Shown piece after piece: positions 29,842-37,834 of a stretch of DNA of 64,000 nucleotides. Where the stretch lies: NCBI GenBank assembly GCA_963662715.1, contig OY759724.1:1946662-2010661 (forward strand), in the 5' to 3' direction. Under the pieces are notes generated by a model, which was not told the origin of the DNA, made no database searches, and was given only the letters and a program-made list of their open reading frames with translations. Numbering within the stretch: the first letter of the stretch is position 1; every line of letters starts with the position of its first letter. The translations under genes were made by a program, and so were the position numbers. The DNA is from Candidatus Omnitrophota bacterium (GTDB lineage: Bacteria > Omnitrophota > Gorgyraeia > Zapsychrales > JANLHA01).

Positions 29842-29898
29842 AAAACGCAGGCCCTGAAAAATAATTGTTTTAAGCATCTCAACGCAAGGAAACGGATT

Positions 29899-30432
29899 AT
29901 GAAAAAGCACGTGAGTTCAAAAAAGCTGGGCACCCTGATCCGGGATGTCCCTGATTTCCCTAAGAAAGGGATTATTTTTAAAGACATTACGACATTGCTG
30001 CAGGATGCGAAAGCTTTTAAAAAGGCTGTTAATGTTTTAGCGAAAGTGTATAAGAAAGAGAAAATTGATACGGTTGTGGCGATTGAATCCCGCGGTTTTA
30101 TTTTTGGCTCTGTTTTAGCGTATAAACTTGGGGCCGGATTTGTTCCGGTGCGTAAAAAGGGGAAATTGCCGTATGAAACAAAGAAAATCACCTATTCTTT
30201 GGAATACGGGACAGATACGTTGGAAATGCATATTGACGGGGTCGCTAAGAATGCCCGAGTATTGATTGTAGATGATCTTTTGGCAACAGGGGGGACGGTT
30301 CAGGCTGTTGTCAAACTTGTTAAGGGATGTAAAGCAAAGATTGTCGGGGTTGCCTTTTTAGTTGAACTGGAATTCCTGAAAGGCCGTAAGAAACTGAAAG
30401 GGTTACCGCTTTATTCGGTTATAAAATATTAA
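29899..30432 (+). CDS. apt: adenine phosphoribosyltransferase
   Basis: 'PDFPKKGIIFKDIT...VVAIESRGFIFG...VLIVDDLLATGGT' PRTase motifs. Confidence 0.9.
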   Translation: MKKHVSSKKLGTLIRDVPDFPKKGIIFKDITTLLQDAKAFKKAVNVLAKVYKKEKIDTVVAIESRGFIFGSVLAYKLGAGFVPVRKKGKLPYETKKITYSLEYGTDTLEMHIDGVAKNARVLIVDDLLATGGTVQAVVKLVKGCKAKIVGVAFLVELEFLKGRKKLKGLPLYSVIKY

Positions 30433-30526
30433 TAAGAAGGGGGGGCTCCGAGAGGCTGTTCTTCTCCCCGGGAGTCTTTCTGGCATTTGATTTTTTAATT
30501 TCTCTCCCAAGAGCGCATGTTCCTGT

Positions 30527-32368
30527 TTGTGTGAATCCGCATGGGCTGTCTTTATGTTTCAGACCTTCGATAAAAAGAAAGTTCTTATCACCAGCTTAAT
30601 TGTCTGTTGTGTCTTTTTTGTGCTCAGCCCGGTTCTCAGGAATGATTTTGTTAATTATGATGATAATGTCCATCTGCTCAACAATCCTTTTCTCCGGCCT
30701 TTAAATTCAGAAAATTTAAAACGGCTGTTTTCCACGACGGTCAATAAAACGTATATCCCGTTAACTTTATTATCTTTCTCCGTGGAATATGCGTTATGGG
30801 GTGCGGACCCTTTTGTCTATCACCTTAACAATCTTCTTTTCCACTGTGTGAACGTGGCTTTGGTGGTCAGTTTGGCCTGGCTTCTGGGGTTGTCCTGGCA
30901 GGTGGGGTGTTTGGCGGCATTGATTTTCGGCCTGCATCCCATGCATGTCGAGTCTGTGGCCTGGGTCACGGAAAGAAAAGATGTTCTGTATTCTTTTTTC
31001 TACCTGATCGCCGTTCACTGTTATGTTTTTCACTTGTTCCGGGTTTTCGCGCTTCAGAAAAACGCCTCCGCATGCTGTTCATCTCCAGGGAAGGGCGTGT
31101 CCCGGATCTCTCTAAAAGGAAAAGGCTGGCTGTGGGGCACAATCGTTTTCGGCGTTTTAAGCGCCTTTTCCAAACCGATGGCTTTAAGTTTGCCGTTTAT
31201 CTTGCTGTTGATTGACTGGTATTTGAAAAGGCCCATAAATGTTTACGTCCTGTTTGAGAAATTTCTATGCGGATTTTTTCTGTTTCCTGTTATATGGATC
31301 AGTTATTCTCTGCATATGCGTGCGGGGGAGATGTCTTTTCCCCAATCCGTTCTTATCTGGTTGTGGTGCTTTGCTTTTCATCTGAGAAAATTTTTCTTCC
31401 CGGATTCTTTTGCCGTGTTTTATGCCCCTCCGTGGCCTGTCGTCTTCTGGAATCGTGATGTGCTGCTGGCCTTGGGCATCGTGATTCTCGTCATCTGCGC
31501 CTTGATCCGCTTTCGGAGACAGCGTTTATTGCTGCTGGCGTTTTTTTGGTATTTCCTTTCGACATTTTTTCTTTACAGGTTTGACTACGGGGCGGATTCC
31601 CACGTTGTGGCAGACCGTTTTATGTATCTGCCGAGTTTGGGGTTTTGTTATGCGGCGGCGCTTTTTATGGCCCGCTTTGTATGTGAATATAATAAGAAAC
31701 GGAGTGAGCTGGCGGTTGCTTTTGTGTTGATTGTGGCGGTCTTCTTGTTCCTGTCCACTCAGGCGCGCAAACAGCTTTTTGTGTGGAGCAACAGTGAGCG
31801 GCTTTGGCGCCATCAGATTTCCTGGCAGTGGCAAGGGCAGCCCGGCTTGGTCCAGGCTGTGATCCTCACAAATTATGCTGATGCGGTTCTTCATCAGATG
31901 GGGGTGCGGAACCTTTTTCGGCCGTATTCTGACCGGGGGATCTCCGCCCTTAATAAAAGGCATGGCATCTCTTGTCATGACAGACGGCAGATAACGCAGG
32001 CTGTTTATCTCTATCAGAAGGCCCTGGAAATTCGTCCTCAATACGCCAGCGCTTCTTTCGGTTTGGCCAGGCTTTACGATCTTCTGGGGCAGGGCCGGGA
32101 AGCCGAGAGACATTACGGGCAGGCTGTTCATGCCGATCCCGCGCATTTCGACGCGTATTATTATCTTGGCCGTATTTTATTAAAGGAGAAAAGGGTTGAG
32201 GAAAGTGTCCGGGGTTTCCGGGCTGCGATTGAGGTTAATCCCGGAAACTTGCTTTTATTGGAACAGGTTATAAAGGAATACCGGGCGGCATTGGCTTCTT
32301 CTCCTCACCCCGAATTGATTGAAGAAGAACTGTCCCGTTTGATATCCCGGAGCCGAAAGACAAGATAG
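30527..32368 (+). CDS. TMTC/DUF1736-type polytopic membrane protein with C-terminal TPR repeats (putative protein O-glycosyltransferase, GT-C fold)
   Basis: 'NDFVNYDDNVHLLNNPFLR...SFSVEYALWG.DPFVYHLNNLLFHC.NVALV...GLHPMHVESVAWVTERKDVL', then TPR-like repeats ('YQKALEIRPQYASASFGLARLY...YGQAVHADPAHFDAYYYLGRI'). Confidence 0.6.
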   Translation: MCESAWAVFMFQTFDKKKVLITSLIVCCVFFVLSPVLRNDFVNYDDNVHLLNNPFLRPLNSENLKRLFSTTVNKTYIPLTLLSFSVEYALWGADPFVYHLNNLLFHCVNVALVVSLAWLLGLSWQVGCLAALIFGLHPMHVESVAWVTERKDVLYSFFYLIAVHCYVFHLFRVFALQKNASACCSSPGKGVSRISLKGKGWLWGTIVFGVLSAFSKPMALSLPFILLLIDWYLKRPINVYVLFEKFLCGFFLFPVIWISYSLHMRAGEMSFPQSVLIWLWCFAFHLRKFFFPDSFAVFYAPPWPVVFWNRDVLLALGIVILVICALIRFRRQRLLLLAFFWYFLSTFFLYRFDYGADSHVVADRFMYLPSLGFCYAAALFMARFVCEYNKKRSELAVAFVLIVAVFLFLSTQARKQLFVWSNSERLWRHQISWQWQGQPGLVQAVILTNYADAVLHQMGVRNLFRPYSDRGISALNKRHGISCHDRRQITQAVYLYQKALEIRPQYASASFGLARLYDLLGQGREAERHYGQAVHADPAHFDAYYYLGRILLKEKRVEESVRGFRAAIEVNPGNLLLLEQVIKEYRAALASSPHPELIEEELSRLISRSRKTR

Positions 32369-32415
32369 CCCGGAGAATTTCTCGGGGCGTTTAAGGGGAA
32401 GAACAGGAAATCTCA

Positions 32416-32444
32416 TTGACATGCGGTTTGATTAATGTTTAAAT
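32416..32444 (+). promoter_or_regulatory. sigma-70-like promoter for the tRNA gene (TTGACA-17-TTAAAT)
   Basis: Consensus -35 TTGACA at 32416-32421, a 17-nt spacer, TTAAAT at 32439-32444, about 50 nt upstream of the tRNA 5' end. Confidence 0.45.
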
Positions 32445-32495
32445 GGAGCACGAAAACACACATCCTTTTCAGACACCTTGTTGAAAATTATTTTT

Positions 32496-32569
32496 GCGCC
32501 TGTAGCTCAGATGGATAGAGCGCGGCTCTCCTAAGGCCGGCGTGGGTGGTTCGAGTCCACCCAGGCGCA
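32496..32569 (+). tRNA. tRNA-Arg (anticodon CCT)
   Basis: I folded it by hand. The 7-bp acceptor GCGCCTG/CAGGCGC, the 4-bp D-stem GCTC/GAGC, the anticodon stem CGGCT/GGCCG and the 5-bp T-stem GGTGG/CCACC with T-loop TTCGAGT all pair. The anticodon loop is CT-CCT-AA, the variable loop is 5 nt, the discriminator is A, and no CCA is encoded. Confidence 0.85.
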
Positions 32570-32805
32570 TATTTTTTTGTGAAAAATACGTGAAATTTTT
32601 TTAACAACGACCGATAAAAAAATCTCGAAAATCATTGACTCTGTTATATCTATGTGTGACAATAGTCATCATTTATTTTTTTAACCCAGTGATGATTCCA
32701 ATCTGACAAAGAAAGGAGGGGATGCAGCTATTTACGTCAGGAGTCATCGAACCCTGGTCTAATGAAGCCATTAGCTAGACCATAATATATCTAGTTTATT
32801 ATATA

Positions 32806-32825
32806 ATTGTCAGCTTGCTGACAAT
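32806..32825 (+). promoter_or_regulatory. perfect 9-2-9 palindrome ATTGTCAGC-TT-GCTGACAAT overlapping a TATAAT box, 17 nt before the porin-like gene (candidate operator)
   Basis: The inverted repeat is exact. TATAAT at 32802-32807 overlaps its left arm. A related half-site GTGACAAT occurs at 32656-32663. Confidence 0.4.
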
Positions 32826-32842
32826 CAGGAGGAGAGGTAAAT

Positions 32843-34228
32843 ATGAAAAAATTAGGTTTATCATTACTCGCTGTTGCTTTAATGGCCATGCCGGCTTCTG
32901 CCAGCGTGCAGAATATTAAACTCAGCGGGGATGTGGACTCAACTTGGTTGGTCCGGGACCAGTTTGATCTCGGAGCCCAAGGATCTGTTACAAATGATAA
33001 GCAATTCTATCAGAATCTTTTGCTTACACAAACCCGTCTCAGAGTGGATGCCGACTTAACGGACAACGTCAGCGCCACCATCGCTATGATTAATGAGCGG
33101 GCTTGGGGGACAGATGATGAAACAGCGAACGGGAACAACGACATTGATATCAACCTGGCTTACGTAACATTAAGGGAAATGCTGTATTCTCCTTTAACCG
33201 TTATTATCGGTCGCCAGAACTTTGCTTACGGGAACTCCTTTGTCGTTGATTCCGCCGGAACTAACAATGAAGTTTCTGTCGGCGGATTGAAGGGCGTTGC
33301 CGAAGACCTTACAAAACGTACGGCTTTGGACGCCGTCAGAATGGTGTTCGATTACAGCCCGCTGACCATTGACATCGTGGCCGCAAAGTACGACGCCAAT
33401 ACTTTAGTCGGTGTTGGCAGCCAGGATGACGACATTGACATCTTCGGGATCAACGCGAACTGGGAATTAGGCGATGACTTGGGTACGGTCCTGGAAGGTT
33501 ATTTCTGGAGCAAAATTGACCAGAGCGTTAAGGATGACGCTATCGGGAATAAGGCGGACACCGTTTACATGCCTGGTATCCGTATGGAAACCAATCTTCT
33601 GGACGGCCTTTGGCTTTCCGGAGAACTGGCTTTTCAGTTCGGTATCAAGTCCTACGGGGTTCAGGATATCGTTGCTGAACGCGAGGCTGCGGGCGCTCAG
33701 ATCATTGCAAATTATATGGTTCCTTTTGAAAGCACAAAGGCTTGGAGCCCGGTCCTGACAACAGCGTATAGCTATTACTCCGGGGACAGTGATCCATCTG
33801 ACCTCACCGATGTCTATGAGGCCTGGGATCCGGTCCTGGAAAATCAGGGTGGCGGAAAGATTTTCAACACCCTTTTTAATGCCACTAACTGTCACGTTGT
33901 AAAGGTTCGCGGAGCTATTGTTCCTATGGAAGATCTGACTGCGGCTTTTGAGTGGAACGGCTTGTGGTTAGATAAACCGTTAGCCGATACAGACGGAGAC
34001 GGCCTGACATCTCTGACGTTGATGCAGCCGGATGACAATGACATCTCTGTATCAACAGATACGGATAAACATATCGGGGATGACCTTTCTCTCGAGTTGG
34101 TCTATGACTATACTGAAGATGTCAAGATCGGCGCGAGCTATGGATGGTTTTTCCCGGGAACAATGTTCACGTCTGACAATGATCAAGTGGCTTCCCAGTT
34201 AATGCTCAATGCGATTGTTAATTTCTAA
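32843..34228 (+). CDS. outer-membrane beta-barrel protein (porin-like) with signal peptide and C-terminal Phe
   Basis: AGGAGGAGAGG RBS. Signal peptide 'MKKLGLSLLAVALMAMPASA'. Alternating amphipathic beta-strand pattern. The terminal '...LMLNAIVNF' ends in Phe. Confidence 0.6.
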   Translation: MKKLGLSLLAVALMAMPASASVQNIKLSGDVDSTWLVRDQFDLGAQGSVTNDKQFYQNLLLTQTRLRVDADLTDNVSATIAMINERAWGTDDETANGNNDIDINLAYVTLREMLYSPLTVIIGRQNFAYGNSFVVDSAGTNNEVSVGGLKGVAEDLTKRTALDAVRMVFDYSPLTIDIVAAKYDANTLVGVGSQDDDIDIFGINANWELGDDLGTVLEGYFWSKIDQSVKDDAIGNKADTVYMPGIRMETNLLDGLWLSGELAFQFGIKSYGVQDIVAEREAAGAQIIANYMVPFESTKAWSPVLTTAYSYYSGDSDPSDLTDVYEAWDPVLENQGGGKIFNTLFNATNCHVVKVRGAIVPMEDLTAAFEWNGLWLDKPLADTDGDGLTSLTLMQPDDNDISVSTDTDKHIGDDLSLELVYDYTEDVKIGASYGWFFPGTMFTSDNDQVASQLMLNAIVNF

Positions 34229-34260
34229 TTAACAATATACATTGTTGTTGTTGATGTACA

Positions 34261-34292
34261 AGCCCCTGCTTAATTTAAGCAGGGGCTTTTTT
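34261..34292 (+). terminator. rho-independent terminator after the porin-like gene
   Basis: AGCCCCTGCTT-aattt-AAGCAGGGGCT followed by TTTTTT. Confidence 0.75.
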
Positions 34293-34601
34293 GTCTGTGT
34301 CGTTGGGGCCGGGGAGAAATGTCGGAGGTGAACGGTGGCTTGGGAGATGTCGGGCAGCCACGGGGTGCGGCGTTCGGCAGGAGCTGTTATCGACCGGACG
34401 GGAGCAGAAAGACGTGAATTAGTCGGGGAAGATCATCCGTCCCCTCATGGATTATAAGTCCCGACGAGAATTTTTTCGCGACAGTGTTAAAAAAAACAAA
34501 ATTATATTTTAAAAAGATTATTTATTTGTTATTATAAAAATAAATATCTAAAAATTAAACGTTTTATCGAGTTCTAAATCATTAAAATAGAGGAAGTTAA
34601 A

Positions 34602-35177
34602 ATGACCAGAGATGAAATTTATGACCATCTGGCTCAGGTATACATAGGGAAAAAGAGTAAAAACGATAAGGAAAAGAAAAAACAGCTCAGCGCCTGGCTT
34701 GTTATTAACATTGTTATTACTGTTGTTATTTTTGCGAGCGCTTTTTATGGCTTTACGGCCTTTTTAACTCACCGGGGAGAATCTTTCGAAAACAAGGTGA
34801 TCTATTCCCTGAATAAAGGTCCGTTGCGTGTTAATTATGATCTGACATACCCATATCCTCCGGTCAAGACCTTTTCCTTAACAACCCCACATGTTAATGC
34901 CGGTAAGTACCAGAAATTGCAATTTGCCATCAGAGGATTGGAGGACGGATATCCCGGAATTGTCCGCATAGAAATCAAGAATGCCCGGAATGAAATATCT
35001 TCTGTCTTTGTCGACGGGGTCAACCTGGGGTGGAAACGTTTTGAAATCCCTTTTGCCGAGTTTGATAAAATTACCGATTGGACCAGTATTACCGAGGTGT
35101 CTTTTATCCTGGAATCGTGGAATACTGATAAACAAAAAGGAATTATCCTTATAGACGAAATTTGCTTTTCCAGCTAA
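34602..35177 (+). CDS. membrane-anchored protein with a C-terminal beta-sandwich, possible carbohydrate-binding module
   Basis: GAGGAAG RBS. N-terminal TM 'WLVINIVITVVIFASAFYGFTAFL'. The C-terminal 'IVRIEIKNARNEISSVFVDGVNLGWKRFEIPFAEF...SFILESWNTDKQKGIILIDEICF' resembles CBM/CIA30-type jelly-roll domains; similarity judged by eye. Confidence 0.45.
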   Translation: MTRDEIYDHLAQVYIGKKSKNDKEKKKQLSAWLVINIVITVVIFASAFYGFTAFLTHRGESFENKVIYSLNKGPLRVNYDLTYPYPPVKTFSLTTPHVNAGKYQKLQFAIRGLEDGYPGIVRIEIKNARNEISSVFVDGVNLGWKRFEIPFAEFDKITDWTSITEVSFILESWNTDKQKGIILIDEICFSS

Positions 35178-35195
35178 AAAGGAGGCTAATGTAAA

Positions 35196-36347
35196 ATGAG
35201 AATCATATCCATTGCGAATCAAAAAGGAGGATGTGGGAAAACCACGACGGCGATTAACCTCTCCTCGGCGCTGAGTCATAATAATAAAAGAACATTGTTG
35301 ATTGACTTGGATCCGCAATCGCATGCGTCCCTGGGGTTGAATTTCGAGAACCAAGACAGCCTTTATAATGTGATTTCTAAACTGACGCCTCGTAAGCTGA
35401 AAATCCGTAATATTATAAAAAATGTCGACACGAATTTTGATATCGTCCCTTCAAGCATTTTGGTCGGGACGCTTGAGCAGGAACTGGCCGATGAGATCGG
35501 GCGGGAGACAAAGATTCTGGAGATCATTAATGAAATTAAGGAAGACTATGACTACATTCTTATTGACTGTCCGCCAAGTCTCGGTATCCTAACCGTGAAT
35601 TCCATCAGAGCCTCGGATGAGGTCATCATACCCGTCGAGACAAGCCGTTTTTCCATGCAGGGGGTTGAGCATCTTATGGACATTATCCATCTGATCCGCG
35701 ACCGGCTGAATCACCAGGTGGACTATAAAATATTGATCACGATGTTCGATTCGCGTTTGAGACATTCATTTTCTATGATGTCAAGCATAAGAGAGAAGTT
35801 CAGGGATGTCTTGTGTGACACAATTGTGCATATTAACGTTAAGCTGAAAGAGTCGGCGGTTATGGGGCAGACCGTGACAGCGTACGATAAATACTGCCGT
35901 GGTTCCAAAGATTATTTCAGCCTGGCCAAAGAACTGATTGCCGCTGAACAGACGGTGGAGAATCCTGAGGCGGCCGTTTCTGCCGGGCGGGAGGTTCCTG
36001 CGGAGACAGCCGGCAGTGAAATTCCTCAGGCACTTTCAGAAAGAATGCAGGAAACGATCAGGGTCCATGCCGGAGAGATGTGCATGACGACATTTACACT
36101 CGCTGCTCCGGATGCCAGGTCTGTCTACGTTACGGGCAGTTTCAATGACTGGTCCTTGGATGAAAATTGCCGGATGCGCCTTGAAGGAGATTCTTGGGTC
36201 GTCAAGGTGCCTTTGCGCCCTGGAACCTATAAATATCAATTTATTGTTGATGGCCGATGGAAAGAGGACCCGGCAAATCCCCGGCAAGAGCGGAATTCCT
36301 TTGGCGATATTAATTCCTTGCTAGAAGTGGTCCCGGTCAATGCCTAG
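35196..36347 (+). CDS. ParA/MinD-family deviant-Walker-A ATPase fused to a C-terminal AMPK-beta-like glycogen-binding domain (CBM48)
   Basis: GGAGG RBS. 'IANQKGGCGKTTTAINLSSAL' (KGGxGKT), 'LLIDLDPQ' and 'ILIDCPPSLG' ParA motifs. After a linker, 'VYVTGSFNDWS...RPGTYKYQFIVDGRWKEDPANP...FGDINSLLEV' aligns motif-for-motif with the AMPK-beta GBD ('GSFNNWS...GEHQYKFFVDGQWVHDPSEP...GTINNLIHV'). Confidence 0.8.
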   Translation: MRIISIANQKGGCGKTTTAINLSSALSHNNKRTLLIDLDPQSHASLGLNFENQDSLYNVISKLTPRKLKIRNIIKNVDTNFDIVPSSILVGTLEQELADEIGRETKILEIINEIKEDYDYILIDCPPSLGILTVNSIRASDEVIIPVETSRFSMQGVEHLMDIIHLIRDRLNHQVDYKILITMFDSRLRHSFSMMSSIREKFRDVLCDTIVHINVKLKESAVMGQTVTAYDKYCRGSKDYFSLAKELIAAEQTVENPEAAVSAGREVPAETAGSEIPQALSERMQETIRVHAGEMCMTTFTLAAPDARSVYVTGSFNDWSLDENCRMRLEGDSWVVKVPLRPGTYKYQFIVDGRWKEDPANPRQERNSFGDINSLLEVVPVNA

Positions 36348-36663
36348 AAAGCAGGCCCTGAAAGAAGACCCCATTTCCGAAGGAAAGATTTTTGCCATTC
36401 TGGCCTATCTGTCGATACTCTGCATCATTCCCTTATTGTTTAAAAAAGATAATCAATTTGTTTTATCTCATGGGAAACAAGGACTCGTGTTATTTATCGG
36501 CGAGGTAGGTGTTTTTGTTCTCAGCATTATCTTCCCGTGGCTGTTGAGGATAGGTTTGTTTTGCCTGGGAATATATTCTTTTGTCGGGATCATTTCTGCT
36601 TTGCAGGGACGAACCATAAAACTTCCTTTTATCTCGCGTATGGCAGAGAACATTACTCTTTAG
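36340..36663 (+). CDS. DUF4870-like small membrane protein
   Basis: 'KIFAILAYLSILCIIPLLFKKDNQFVLSHGKQGLVLFI' matches the DUF4870 pattern. It overlaps the ParA-CBM48 stop by 8 nt. Confidence 0.55.
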   Translation: MPRKQALKEDPISEGKIFAILAYLSILCIIPLLFKKDNQFVLSHGKQGLVLFIGEVGVFVLSIIFPWLLRIGLFCLGIYSFVGIISALQGRTIKLPFISRMAENITL

Positions 36664-36727
36664 CTGTTTTTCCGTTTCCTGTCCCTTCGTTTCTTATTAA
36701 CATTAATATTATTTTCATTGAAATATT

Positions 36728-37468
36728 ATGCCTATAATAGAGAATATTATTTCCTTTTTCGAGAGAATGCTTGGGACCCCTCATCCCAAGAAAAAGAAAC
36801 GAAGTTTGCCCAGGAATAAATCGGTAAGCCGCAGAAAAACAACCCGGGCAAACGAAGGAGCCCGTAAGCCGGGACCGGGCCGGCTTTCTTCCCCTGGACA
36901 GCAAAGCCGGAAGCCTCAGGCAAAGAAGGGCGCTTCAGCGGCCAGGAAAGTCAAAAAGAAAGTTGTTGCAAAAGAAAAGGTCGCGGCGCGAACAAAACGA
37001 TATAAAGGTGAAAATAAAAAGACCGGGACAGCCCCTTCAGTTAAAAAGAAGGCCGTCCATACGCCGAATAAGGCTCGGCAGAGCCCTGTTCGTGGCAGAG
37101 CCCTGCCTGAGGTAAAGAAAAAAAATTCTGGGAAGCCGGTAAAGCAAGCGCAAAAAAAAGTTAAAAGGCCTTCTGCGGGCAATGTGGGAGACAGGTGTGG
37201 TTCAGCGGCGATAGAGTTTGACCGGGTGGGGCAAGTAACTCATTATTTTTCTAAAATTATGGTTTGTGTGGTTAGGGTTGAGGCGGCGGCCATCTCGCTG
37301 GGAGACCAAATTGTCATTAAAGGGAAGAAAACCAAGCTTTCTCAAAAGGTTCAGTCTCTTCAGGTTGAGAGTGTTGACGTGAAATCGGCCAAGAGAGGTC
37401 AACTGGTGGGCCTCAAAGTCGTCAGTCAGGTTTGTCCGGGTGATGTTGTCCAGAAAATAAGAAAATGA
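36728..37468 (+). CDS. lysine-rich protein with a disordered N-terminal 170 aa and a C-terminal beta-barrel resembling translation-factor domain II
   Basis: N-terminal KKKK/AKK-rich low complexity. The C-terminal 'GQVTHYFSKIMVCVVRVEAAAISLGDQIVIKG...VQSLQVESVDVKSAKRGQLVGLKV...PGDVV' follows the EF-Tu/IF2 domain-II barrel pattern. The start is uncertain; an alternative ATG lies at 36770. Confidence 0.5.
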   Translation: MPIIENIISFFERMLGTPHPKKKKRSLPRNKSVSRRKTTRANEGARKPGPGRLSSPGQQSRKPQAKKGASAARKVKKKVVAKEKVAARTKRYKGENKKTGTAPSVKKKAVHTPNKARQSPVRGRALPEVKKKNSGKPVKQAQKKVKRPSAGNVGDRCGSAAIEFDRVGQVTHYFSKIMVCVVRVEAAAISLGDQIVIKGKKTKLSQKVQSLQVESVDVKSAKRGQLVGLKVVSQVCPGDVVQKIRK

Positions 37469-37834
37469 ACCAATAATGCCAGGCCTCCCAAAGATGCGAA
37501 GAAGGAATTCATCGGAAAGATAGATGAGTATCTATTTAAGGTCTGGTGTATCTATTTGACAGAAATATTCTTTTTGTTATAATTTTCTCTATAAGCTTCT
37601 CGGGCGGAAAACGTTATGTTAATTGGCGCAGGCTTGATGAGGGGCAAACAAGATAAACCCGGAGAAGGACGTTAAAAAAATCACGCCTATTATTAAAATA
37701 TGCATTATCATATTTTCCCTGATGCTCCTCGCGCAAAGTCATTGGTTTTCATGTAAGACAGAATTGATAATTCACGGCTAAATTTAAAACTGTGCCTTCA
37801 TAGCGGTGGGAAGGATAATAAAGGAAAATGATAT

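Noticed and set aside
30433-30526. Possible terminator hairpin after apt (GGGGGGCTCCGAGAGG...CTCCCCGGGAG followed by a T-run)
   Set aside because: The arms are only imperfectly complementary and the stem register is ambiguous, so I did not list it as a feature.
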